A stretch of 39,997 nucleotides of DNA from the NCBI GenBank assembly GCA_001822835.1, contig MHSS01000001.1, positions 37,297 through 77,293 on the forward strand, given 5' to 3'. The notes under the pieces are model-generated. The model was not told the origin of the DNA. It searched no databases and was given only the letters and a program-made list of their open reading frames with translations. The stretch comes from Candidatus Terrybacteria bacterium RIFCSPHIGHO2_01_FULL_48_17. GTDB lineage: Bacteria > Patescibacteriota > Minisyncoccia > Terrybacterales > 2-01-FULL-58-14. The position numbers and the translations under genes are program-made. This document shows positions 9,889 to 17,119 of the stretch, piece by piece (the first letter of the stretch is position 1; each line of letters starts with the position of its first letter).

Positions 9889-10638
9889 TCAATGATATTC
9901 TATCGATGGCTCGTTGTCTATATTACGCGTGGGAGCGAGATTTTCAAGTGTTTCAAGAAAATCCTCCGGTGGGTCTGCTTCGATGCTCAAACGGAGGCCG
10001 TTTGGCGTTAAAAAATGGAGAGTGCTTGCATGCAGCATCTGCCGGTGTGTTCGTTTCGAGGCGACCTTTCCGCCATACAATTGGTCCCCCAATACCGGAT
10101 GCCCCAACGCCGCAAGATGCACCCGTAATTGGTGCATTCTACCCGATTTTGGATGAAGTTCCAATAGCGTGGCATCTTGCAATCGCTTGCGCACTAAAAA
10201 TTCGGTTTCTGCCTCACGTATTGTCTTGTGCTCTGTACCCTGTACCCTGTACCCTGTGCGAAGTGCCTGCTGTTTTAGCTTGCCTCTTACAATAGGATAG
10301 CGGATTGTTCCTCTAGGTGCTTTAACGTTGCCTTGGACTATAGCAAGATAGGTTTTTTCAACTTTGCGTTGTTTAAATTGATCCTTAAGAAATAAAAATG
10401 CCTTTTGATTTTTTGCAACAGCCAAAACGCCCGAGGTATCCTTGTCCAACCGATGTACAATCCCTGGCCTTTCAGAGCCTTCGCCCACCCCTTGAATTTC
10501 TGGCCGCTGGATAAGCAATATATCGGCAAGCGTTTCCTCGTCTTTCACGCCCGCTCCTTGATGCACCACAAGCCCCGCAGGCTTATTGAGCGCTATTACG
10601 TCATCGTCTTCGTAGAGAATATCGAGGGATCCCTTCAT
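9889..10638 (-). CDS. RluA/RluD-family pseudouridine synthase
   Basis: NKPAGLVVH, catalytic HRLDKDTSG, GRMHQLRVH, GDQLYG; start ATG 10638. Confidence 0.93.
   Translation of the reverse strand: MKGSLDILYEDDDVIALNKPAGLVVHQGAGVKDEETLADILLIQRPEIQGVGEGSERPGIVHRLDKDTSGVLAVAKNQKAFLFLKDQFKQRKVEKTYLAIVQGNVKAPRGTIRYPIVRGKLKQQALRTGYRVQGTEHKTIREAETEFLVRKRLQDATLLELHPKSGRMHQLRVHLAALGHPVLGDQLYGGKVASKRTHRQMLHASTLHFLTPNGLRLSIEADPPEDFLETLENLAPTRNIDNEPSIEYH
10233..10253. repeat. Tandem heptamer (CTGTACC)x3 inside the RluA-family CDS
   Basis: Three perfect units (21 nt) read directly. Confidence 0.85.
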
Positions 10639-10682
10639 AATATACTTGAATTTTATTCTGGTAACATTAGTATATAACAAGA

Positions 10683-10756
10683 GGGCGGTTAGCTCAGCTG
10701 GTTAGAGCGTCACATTGACATTGTGAAGGTCAGTGGTTCAAGTCCACTACCGCCCA
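10683..10756 (+). tRNA. tRNA-Val(GAC)
   Basis: GGGCGGT/ACCGCCC acceptor; TCACA-TT GAC AT-TGTGA anticodon arm. Confidence 0.95.
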
Positions 10757-10778
10757 TTGGGCACGTAGCCCAACGGTA

Positions 10779-10798
10779 CCTGCCTACCGGCAGGCAGG
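10779..10798. repeat. 20-nt near-perfect palindrome (REP-like) in the D-loop of the interrupted tRNA
   Basis: CCTGCCTACCGGCAGGCAGG. Confidence 0.8.
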
Positions 10799-10849
10799 GA
10801 GCGCGAAGTCCCGAAAACGCCCGCGAGCTATAATATATTAATATATTAG

Positions 10850-10923
10850 GGATGCGTAGCTCAATTGGTTAGAGCGCCAAGCTTATACCTTGGTGGTTCC
10901 AGGTTCGAGTCCTGGCGCATCCA
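10850..10923 (+). tRNA. tRNA-Ile(TAT), intact, nested inside the interrupted tRNA
   Basis: GGATGCG/CGCATCC acceptor; CCAAG-CT TAT AC-CTTGG anticodon arm; CCAGG-TTCGAGT-CCTGG T arm. Confidence 0.93.
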
Positions 10924-11122
10924 TAAGCGAGTGGTTATGTTTTCGTGATCCCGTTGTCTCGCGGATATAAGATCAAAACACCGACCGGGCAATACGGGAA
11001 CTCGAAAACCTAAGCTCCGCAACTGCATGGGCTCAGCAAGATTTTCGGGACTTATACCTTTGTGGTTCTAGGTTCGAATCCTAGCGTGCCCACCAAAATT
11101 TGGTTATAGTAATAAAAGTTGT

Positions 11123-11194
11123 GCTGGGGTAGCTCAGTGGTAGAGCATCTGCCTGAAGAGCAGAGGGTCGTCGGTTCGATCCCGACCCCCAGCA
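11123..11194 (+). tRNA. tRNA-Phe(GAA)
   Basis: GCTGGGG/CCCCAGC acceptor; TCTGC-CT GAA GA-GCAGA. Confidence 0.95.
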
Positions 11195-11201
11195 TACGTT
11201 G

Positions 11202-11224
11202 AAAGCCGCCGTTTGGCGGCTTTT
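11202..11224. terminator. Bidirectional terminator
   Basis: AAAGCCGCC/GGCGGCTTTT. Confidence 0.8.
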
Positions 11225-11275
11225 ATGTTTTCAGGTGTTATCCGCAACTTAATTGTTCTTACGCAATCTGCCTTA

Positions 11276-11710
11276 TTAATAGTATGCGATTTTTTTCATC
11301 GAAGCAAAGGGCTCGGGTTGCGGATTCACAATAGGGCGGACGCGCCGGATATATGCGACCGCCTCATCCCAATCCATGCCTAAGCGGGTATGCAGCCACG
11401 TGGCAATAAAAGCCGTGCTGCGGCTAATGCCCATGGCACAATGCACGAGACATCGCTTCTTGAGTAAAACCATAAGGTCAAGAAACTGCAGTGCTGCCAC
11501 AAACGCAATCTCTGCGTCTTCGGGAATTGGCTTGGAATCGACAATCGGGAGTTTTGTGTACACAATTCCGGCCTTTTTATACTTCTTGCGCGGCACACGT
11601 ACCCAATCGGCGACACAGATTACCGCCTCTATATGCGCCTCTTTTAACGCTTTGATATTGCGGGCATCATGCCGATCCCCAATTGCAATCCATTCGGTAA
11701 CGAATTCCAC
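11276..11710 (-). CDS. Dual-specificity protein phosphatase family protein
   Basis: Catalytic HCAMGISRS (HCxxGxxRS), upstream LPIVD and downstream RPIVNP; GTG start with SD AAGGAG. Confidence 0.9.
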   Translation of the reverse strand: MEFVTEWIAIGDRHDARNIKALKEAHIEAVICVADWVRVPRKKYKKAGIVYTKLPIVDSKPIPEDAEIAFVAALQFLDLMVLLKKRCLVHCAMGISRSTAFIATWLHTRLGMDWDEAVAYIRRVRPIVNPQPEPFASMKKIAYY

Positions 11711-11734
11711 TCGTGTCTCCTTAACTAAAGCAGG

Positions 11735-11784
11735 TTTTAAAGAACTAGTTGCTGTAGTATGGCAGATTTAACCTCGTAGGTCAA
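11735..11784 (-). promoter_or_regulatory. Sigma70 promoter plus boxA-like motif
   Basis: TTGACC-17-CATACT then GTTCTTTAAAA on the minus strand. Confidence 0.7.
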
Positions 11785-11834
11785 TCGGAGGATGCTAAAA
11801 ATAGGAACCCCGCCTTTTGGCGGAGGCAATTTTC

Positions 11835-11909
11835 TGGAGCGGGTGAGCGGAATCGAACCGCCATCTCTACCTTGGCAAGGTAGTATAATAACCACTATAC
11901 GACACCCGC
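11835..11909 (-). tRNA. tRNA-Gly(GCC)
   Basis: GCGGGTG/CACCCGC+TCCA; CTACC-TT GCC AA-GGTAG. Confidence 0.95.
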
Positions 11910-11988
11910 AAAATAGGGTTCAGTAATTAGGGTACAGGTAAGAAAAGCGAGCGTCAAGATAAAAGGGCCGACGATCGGCCCTATATTT

Positions 11989-12222
11989 TTAAAACTCCAG
12001 GCGTTCATTAGAATCTTCGGCGTTCTCCACCGAAAGAACAAAATATTCTTTTCCGTAATTGCGGCCATTCCACGTTGTTTCACGCGCCACCTTCTTTTGT
12101 GCTTTAACCACCGCCCTTGTAATGGTACCGGCCCTCACATCCCATGTAATAAATGAGGTTCGCGCTCCCCACCGGTCATATACAGCCACCTGTACAGTAA
12201 CCCGAAAAAGCAAGGGCTTCAT
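11989..12222 (-). CDS. Hypothetical small protein
   Basis: Start MKPLLFRV with SD AGGAG; abuts the upstream ORF. Confidence 0.55.
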   Translation of the reverse strand: MKPLLFRVTVQVAVYDRWGARTSFITWDVRAGTITRAVVKAQKKVARETTWNGRNYGKEYFVLSVENAEDSNERLEF

Positions 12223-12224
12223 TT

Positions 12225-12551
12225 TTACATTTCTCCTCGCAAGGATTTCAGATGATGACGCCAAAAACGAACCGCGCCTCCACACTGTAGGCAAGGTGCT
12301 TGATACTCCACCAGCTCAAATTTAAGCTCATTCTCGGTTGGCGGAGAAATCCTATTTCCTTCACGATCGTATGAAATAGCGGAGGTTCCTACAAAAACTT
12401 CTTGTCCTCTGCCGTCTTGATAAGGCACGGCAAAAGGACGCGTTCTTCCCGTTCTTTTTGCATGCCTATAATCAGGAATGTGGCGCCCTGTCGGCCGGCC
12501 GAAGCGATCTTTTGAAGTACAGAAAAACCAACCCCACATCTTATGTAACAT
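12225..12551 (-). CDS. Hypothetical protein (C-terminal CxxC)
   Basis: SD-like AGGAG upstream, follows pyrF; CLQC motif; no family recognised. Confidence 0.55.
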   Translation of the reverse strand: MLHKMWGWFFCTSKDRFGRPTGRHIPDYRHAKRTGRTRPFAVPYQDGRGQEVFVGTSAISYDREGNRISPPTENELKFELVEYQAPCLQCGGAVRFWRHHLKSLRGEM

Positions 12552-12571
12552 TCCCTTCTCCTTTTTTGCTG

Positions 12572-13285
12572 TTAATGTCCTTTCAGTACAGCATTGATTT
12601 CTTCAATAATCAACTGCGCTGCTTTTTGAGGCCCTCCGATGTTTTTTGGTGGCCTCGTAATAGAACGGCCCACCACAAGATAATCCGCTCCGGCTTGTAT
12701 TGCCTCATGAGGAGTCATTGTGCGCTGCTGGTCATCTGGCGGTGCCCACGCTGGTCGTATTCCCGGCGTCATTTTCAAGAGATGCTTAAATTCCAACGTC
12801 GATACGTATTCAAGTTCCCGCGGGGAACAAATTATACCATCGCACCCCGCATACTCGGCAATACGTGCAAACTGAAGCACTTTTTCTTTAACGGATGCGC
12901 CATAAATAAATCTGCACTGCTGCTCATTAAACGAGGTAAGCACCGTTGCAGCAAACAAAAGCGCCTGCCCCTTTCGATTTGCTGCTGTTCGCAGGGCCTT
13001 AGTTCCCGATGAAGCATCTATACTTACCATGGCAACATTCAAAGCCGCAGCTGCTTGCGTCGCACCCCCTAGGGTATAAGGAATTCCCTTAAACTTACAG
13101 TCGAGAAACGTTCTACAACCGAAACCTCGAACCAATTTCACGGCATGTGGCACCCCGACTGCAGTCGCAAACTCAAGCCCCACTTTAAAATAAGTCACGT
13201 ACGGGGAAAGTTGTTTTACCAAGCGCTTTGCTGAAACAAAGGAAAACTCATCAAGCGCAACAATGAGACGATCTTTTGCGTCCAT
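12572..13285 (-). CDS. pyrF: Orotidine-5'-phosphate decarboxylase homolog with variant active site
   Basis: LIVALD, FKVG, TVLTS, TPGIRP, DDQQR, GADYLVVGRSIT motifs; DxKxxD motif reads DCKFKG. Confidence 0.88.
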   Translation of the reverse strand: MDAKDRLIVALDEFSFVSAKRLVKQLSPYVTYFKVGLEFATAVGVPHAVKLVRGFGCRTFLDCKFKGIPYTLGGATQAAAALNVAMVSIDASSGTKALRTAANRKGQALLFAATVLTSFNEQQCRFIYGASVKEKVLQFARIAEYAGCDGIICSPRELEYVSTLEFKHLLKMTPGIRPAWAPPDDQQRTMTPHEAIQAGADYLVVGRSITRPPKNIGGPQKAAQLIIEEINAVLKGH

Positions 13286-13315
13286 CTCTTCTCCTTTTTT
13301 TCATTTTCAAAGCTA

Positions 13316-13399
13316 TGCCGGCGGCAGGACTTGAACCTGCAAGGAGTTTCCTCCAAGGGATTTTAAGTCCCTCGCGTATACCAATTCCGCCACGCCGGC
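13316..13399 (-). tRNA. tRNA-Leu(TAA)
   Basis: GCCGGCG/CGCCGGC; AGGGA-CT TAA AA-TCCCT; long variable arm. Confidence 0.95.
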
Positions 13400-13500
13400 G
13401 CGAAATTTTCTTGCGAGCGAAGCGAGTAACGGTTCGGCCAGAGCTCACCGCCCTGAACGCACCGAAGGGCTGAAAATTTCAGCGCCTCGCCTCTGGCGGA
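13397..13500. repeat. Composite REP-like hairpin cluster 5' of tRNA-Leu
   Basis: Outer IR GGCGCGAAATTTTC/GAAAATTTCAGCGCC enclosing CGGTTCG..CTCACCG and GCCCTGAA..CGAAGGGC hairpins; CGCCTCTGGCG hairpin adjacent. Confidence 0.7.
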
Positions 13501-13505
13501 CTTCC

Positions 13506-13907
13506 TTAACTTATATATCCCATTTGCTTTAAGTCCTCAAACACAATGGGAAGAATTTCGTATGAATAAATTTCATCGGCATACACCCACTGATACGCCA
13601 CGTGTTCATCATTTAAACGCGGCGCGTCTTGCGCTGTTTGAAACCGATAAGCCCACGTGCGCCATGTTTTCCCCTCATAATCAACATCATATATCGGATA
13701 TTCTTGAGTAAGCGTTACGTCAAGACCGGTTTCTTCTTCAATCTCGCGAAGTGCTGCGGTATGCGGTTCTTCGTTCTCTTCAATATGGCCGGACACAATA
13801 TTCCATACGTTTGGCGCCCACTTTTTGTGAGGCGCACGCTTCATTAACAAAAGCTTTCCTTCCCTATTTTCGATGGCAGCAACAATCACTGGGACAATTT
13901 CTAGCAT
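13506..13907 (-). CDS. NUDIX hydrolase
   Basis: Nudix box GHIEENEEPHTAALREIEEETGL. Confidence 0.92.
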   Translation of the reverse strand: MLEIVPVIVAAIENREGKLLLMKRAPHKKWAPNVWNIVSGHIEENEEPHTAALREIEEETGLDVTLTQEYPIYDVDYEGKTWRTWAYRFQTAQDAPRLNDEHVAYQWVYADEIYSYEILPIVFEDLKQMGYIS

Positions 13908-13909
13908 AT

Positions 13910-14380
13910 TTATGAAAAATAATCGTGTTCCATCAAGAAGGGAATGATTTTGTTGCGCAAGATCGGAGAAAGCTCATCGTCGTCATCCCATCCCGGCGCA
14001 TACCATACGACTTCCGCAATTTCGTTGCTTGCTTCGGGTGTTGATACAAGCCCCGCCGTATACAAACGAATTGATACGGTTTTCTCGTCATAAAGATCAT
14101 CGGCAGCCGCCACATCTTCAAACTCACCAATAAAATCAATCGGCTCCACCATTTCGGTGGATAGTTCTTTCTTAATTTCCCTTCGCAAACACGACAGATC
14201 ATCTTCTCCCGGCTCATATTGTCCGCCGGGAAGGATAAGTTGAGTTGTTGTGTCGCCTTCTCGCTTCCGGACTAACAATATTTGTTTTTTCTCATCAAAC
14301 ACCAAAAGGCCGCATTTGTTGATGGTTCGACTTTGCTCACCATCAATCCTGAGCTTGGCCGAAGGATTGAAATCTGCCAT
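13910..14380 (-). CDS. NUDIX hydrolase with a 16-aa repeat-derived N-terminal insertion
   Basis: Nudix box GGQYEPGEDDLSCLRREIKKELS. Confidence 0.88.
   Translation of the reverse strand: MADFNPSAKLRIDGEQSRTINKCGLLVFDEKKQILLVRKREGDTTTQLILPGGQYEPGEDDLSCLRREIKKELSTEMVEPIDFIGEFEDVAAADDLYDEKTVSIRLYTAGLVSTPEASNEIAEVVWYAPGWDDDDELSPILRNKIIPFLMEHDYFS
14321..14368. repeat. 48-nt double-hairpin REP-like element in-frame within the Nudix CDS
   Basis: GATGG-TTCG..CTCA-CCATC followed by AATCC-TGAG..CGAA-GGATT. Confidence 0.75.
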
Positions 14381-14409
14381 AAATATTTCTTAGATGCAGG
14401 ATATATTTA

Positions 14410-14481
14410 AGGCCGCGGCGGGAATCGAACCCGCGAATAAGGCTTTTGCAGAGCCTTGCCTTACCACTTGGCTACGCGGCC
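14410..14481 (-). tRNA. tRNA-Cys(GCA)
   Basis: GGCCGCG/CGCGGCC+T; AGGCT-CT GCA AA-AGCCT. Confidence 0.95.
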
Positions 14482-14489
14482 ATAAAACT

Positions 14490-14846
14490 CTATTCCCTAT
14501 TCCCTAGTTTCCTTATTTTGTAAAGCTCCTCTTCAATTTCAGCTGCTTGAGCTTCAACATTATCCAATAAAAACCTGATGCGCGGCACAGGACGCATACG
14601 TAGGCGTTTGTTCACCATCTGTTGAAACTCGAAGGTGCGCTGCGCAAGCTCTTGAAGAATCTGTCCCGCTTTTGTCCCGGGAAGCACGCTCACAAACACA
14701 TCCGCAGCGGCAAGATTAGGGGCAACGTCAACCCGAGTTACGGTAAGAAAGAGGTCCGGCGGTATATCCATTTCACGGTTCAGTATTTTTGCAAGCTCTT
14801 CTTGCATCAGCACATCAACTTGCTTTTGACGTCGTTCCGTCGCCAT
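14490..14846 (-). CDS. rbfA: Ribosome-binding factor A
   Basis: LTVTRVDVAPNLAAADVFVS and LRMRPVPRIRFLLD; downstream of infB. Confidence 0.9.
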   Translation of the reverse strand: MATERRQKQVDVLMQEELAKILNREMDIPPDLFLTVTRVDVAPNLAAADVFVSVLPGTKAGQILQELAQRTFEFQQMVNKRLRMRPVPRIRFLLDNVEAQAAEIEEELYKIRKLGNRE

Positions 14847-14885
14847 AATACCAACATTTTGTTGCAAATCCAAAACACTGAATCC

Positions 14886-16406
14886 CTAAAACAATTTTCT
14901 TTCCCTCCGCTCCTCATGAAATACTCTCAGCATATCTCCCTCAACAATATCAATGCTTCCTTTAATTTCAATAAGCATGCCGCATTCATTGCCTTGCTTC
15001 ACCTCATCTACCGGAATCTTATTTTGCTGCACTTCTTTAAGCCTTCCTCGACCCAACAAGCGATCGTCGCGCATCACCTCTGCAAATTCACCCTTGCGGA
15101 TAATGCCCGAAGCCACCCTTCCGCCCACAATCTGTTGCGTTCCCTCATCCCTGAAAAGCGCCAAAACACGTACCTGCCCAAGATCTTCTCTAATAATTTC
15201 AGGTGGAACGGTATCTTGCAATGCCCGTTTTACAATGTCGGTCAGGTCATAAATAACAGCAAGCATATGGATTTTTACCCCAGTCCTTTCGGCGCGCAAT
15301 GCAATCTGCCCGCGGATTTTTGTACGGAATGCAAAAATCTGGGCACGTGTTGCCTCGGCTTGGTCAATATCATTCTCGCTTACTTCCCCCGTATCCGCGC
15401 TTACGATATGAAGAGCAACATAGGGATTTGCCAATTTCTCAAGTTCGCCCACAATCGCCTCAAGCGAGCCGACAACATCCGCCCGAATTATCACCGCAAG
15501 TGTTGCCTCGCTCTCTTGACCGCCCAATATTTTTTCAAACGTACGTCGACTCGCTTCTTTTTCTGCGGCAGCCACCGCTTCCTTTTCTGAATCAAACGTC
15601 AACACCCTATCCCCCACATCTGGAACATCATTAAAACCAAGAAGAACTACAGGTATTGCGGGGCTGGCTTCGGTTACGGAATTTTTAAGAAAATTTTCCA
15701 TAGCTTTCACCTTTCCCACAACGGTTCCTGCAGAAATAACATCCCCAACTTTCAATATGCCGCTTTTGACCAATACTGTAGCAGTAGGACCCTGTCGAGA
15801 ATCTCGATGTGCCTCTATCACTACGCCCCAAAATGGTTCATCAACGGTATCCTTTAGTTCCGCAACTTCCGCAACGAGCAAAAGAAGTTCCAACAATTCT
15901 GCGATGCCCGTACCCGTTTTCCCCGAAACCTCAAGATTGGGCACGTCCCCTCCCCATCCCTCAAGCAAAACGCCCGCTTCAGCAAGTTGCGTTTTCGCGC
16001 GCTGCACATCTGCCTGCGGAAGATCGATTTTGGTAAAAGCCACAAGGTAAGGAATTTTGGCTGCACGAATCGCTTCAAGCGCCTCGCGTGTCTGAGGCTT
16101 CATGCCGTCATTGGCCGCTATAACAAGCACGGCAATATCGGCAACTGCTGCCCCACGCTTACGAATTGCAGAAAAGGCCTCGTGGCCAGGCGTATCCAGA
16201 AAGGTTATTTTTTTCCCATCGTGTTCCACCTGATAGGCACCAATATGCTGGGTAATGCCCCCCGATTCACGCGCAACCACATTCGTTTTGCGGATATAAT
16301 CCAAAAGCGTGGTCTTTCCATGATCAACATGACCTAAAACAACCACTACGGGGGGGCGAGTGGTTTGCGCAATTTCTTTTCGTTTTTTCCCTGCTGTTGC
16401 AGCCAT
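14886..16406 (-). CDS. infB: Translation initiation factor IF-2 (short, no N-terminal domains)
   Basis: [43 protein letters not shown]. Confidence 0.96.
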   Translation of the reverse strand: MAATAGKKRKEIAQTTRPPVVVVLGHVDHGKTTLLDYIRKTNVVARESGGITQHIGAYQVEHDGKKITFLDTPGHEAFSAIRKRGAAVADIAVLVIAANDGMKPQTREALEAIRAAKIPYLVAFTKIDLPQADVQRAKTQLAEAGVLLEGWGGDVPNLEVSGKTGTGIAELLELLLLVAEVAELKDTVDEPFWGVVIEAHRDSRQGPTATVLVKSGILKVGDVISAGTVVGKVKAMENFLKNSVTEASPAIPVVLLGFNDVPDVGDRVLTFDSEKEAVAAAEKEASRRTFEKILGGQESEATLAVIIRADVVGSLEAIVGELEKLANPYVALHIVSADTGEVSENDIDQAEATRAQIFAFRTKIRGQIALRAERTGVKIHMLAVIYDLTDIVKRALQDTVPPEIIREDLGQVRVLALFRDEGTQQIVGGRVASGIIRKGEFAEVMRDDRLLGRGRLKEVQQNKIPVDEVKQGNECGMLIEIKGSIDIVEGDMLRVFHEERRERKLF

Positions 16407-16452
16407 AATATTAAAACACTATTCCGATTTTAGGATCTGATTAGGACATTGA

Positions 16453-16920
16453 TTATTCGTTTTGTAATGCCCGTCTGATTGCCTCCCGCTCTTCGTCTGA
16501 CAGATGATGCTTGGAAGATCCGCGAACAATTGCCTTAGCAAAAATTCTCGCGCCTTCCCGTGAATAGAGAGAAGAGATAACGGCGCCATTATCATTTGCG
16601 TCAAGCAATGCTATGGCAAATGACTGATCGCCTCCCGTATCATCAAACGGATTAAAACGGACCACCCCAACCTTTTGCACGGCGTCGGTCGCCATAACAT
16701 CAATACGCGCGACATCGTCACGCAGATTCTTGAATTCCTTTTCAATCGCCACAAGCCGTTTAGTTGCTTCAGAAATAACTCCTTCCAGGTCTTTGCCTTT
16801 ATTGCCTCGAAAAATTTCGGTGAGGCGGCGGTCAAACCCTAAAACCTTAAAAAGGACGAATATCGAAACGATAAGCGCCACAAGGGACCAAAGCCAGGAA
16901 TATTGAACCATAAAAGACAT
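16453..16920 (-). CDS. DUF4446-like membrane-anchored protein
   Basis: N-terminal TM; QKVGVVRFNPFDDTGGDQSFAIALLD motif. Confidence 0.75.
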   Translation of the reverse strand: MSFMVQYSWLWSLVALIVSIFVLFKVLGFDRRLTEIFRGNKGKDLEGVISEATKRLVAIEKEFKNLRDDVARIDVMATDAVQKVGVVRFNPFDDTGGDQSFAIALLDANDNGAVISSLYSREGARIFAKAIVRGSSKHHLSDEEREAIRRALQNE

Positions 16921-17119
16921 AATCCTATTATATCAAAGCTTTTTGAGAACAAAATTGAAATAGGGGCGCACGGCCTGTGCAAAAGAGGTATATAAATTCT
17001 AAAAATTGCATATTCTTGGTATTCAAAAATCCGCCTCATCCAGGTTCGGTACTTCGATACGCCCAATACGAATACTATCCATGCTAACGCATGTTATGGA
17101 TTTTTGGAAGTCACTGCTA

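Larger units (their letters stand above)
10759..11095 (+). tRNA. Interrupted tRNA-Ile(TAT): segments 10759-10778, 10799-10808 and 11051-11095 (intron-containing gene or pseudogene)
   Basis: Joined segments form a cloverleaf: GGGCACG/CGTGCCC+ACCA, anticodon arm CGAAG-CT TAT AC-CTTTG, T arm CTAGG-TTCGAAT-CCTAG; one D-stem mismatch. Confidence 0.75.

Noticed and set aside
10927-11020. SRP or 6S RNA
   Set aside because: No SRP helix-8 GNRA/GCAGCA motif; too short and wrong shape for 6S
10809-11050. Group I intron in tRNA-Ile
   Set aside because: Junctions lack the U before the intron and the terminal G; much of the insert is a tRNA plus simple hairpins; no catalytic core recognisable by eye
9162-14481. 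Prophage or integrative element at the tRNA cluster
   Set aside because: No integrase or phage genes and no duplicated tRNA 3' end (att) seen; the duplication at 9322 is a 5' half
14622-15590. 322-aa plus-strand ORF
   Set aside because: Antisense shadow of infB/rbfA with no motifs
14886-16406. IF2 as a truncated pseudogene
   Set aside because: G domain and C-terminal domains intact; short IF2 forms are normal in some lineages
16921-17119. Possible small ORF or remnant between the ATPase and DUF4446-like genes
   Set aside because: Only short frames with no motif or RBS support
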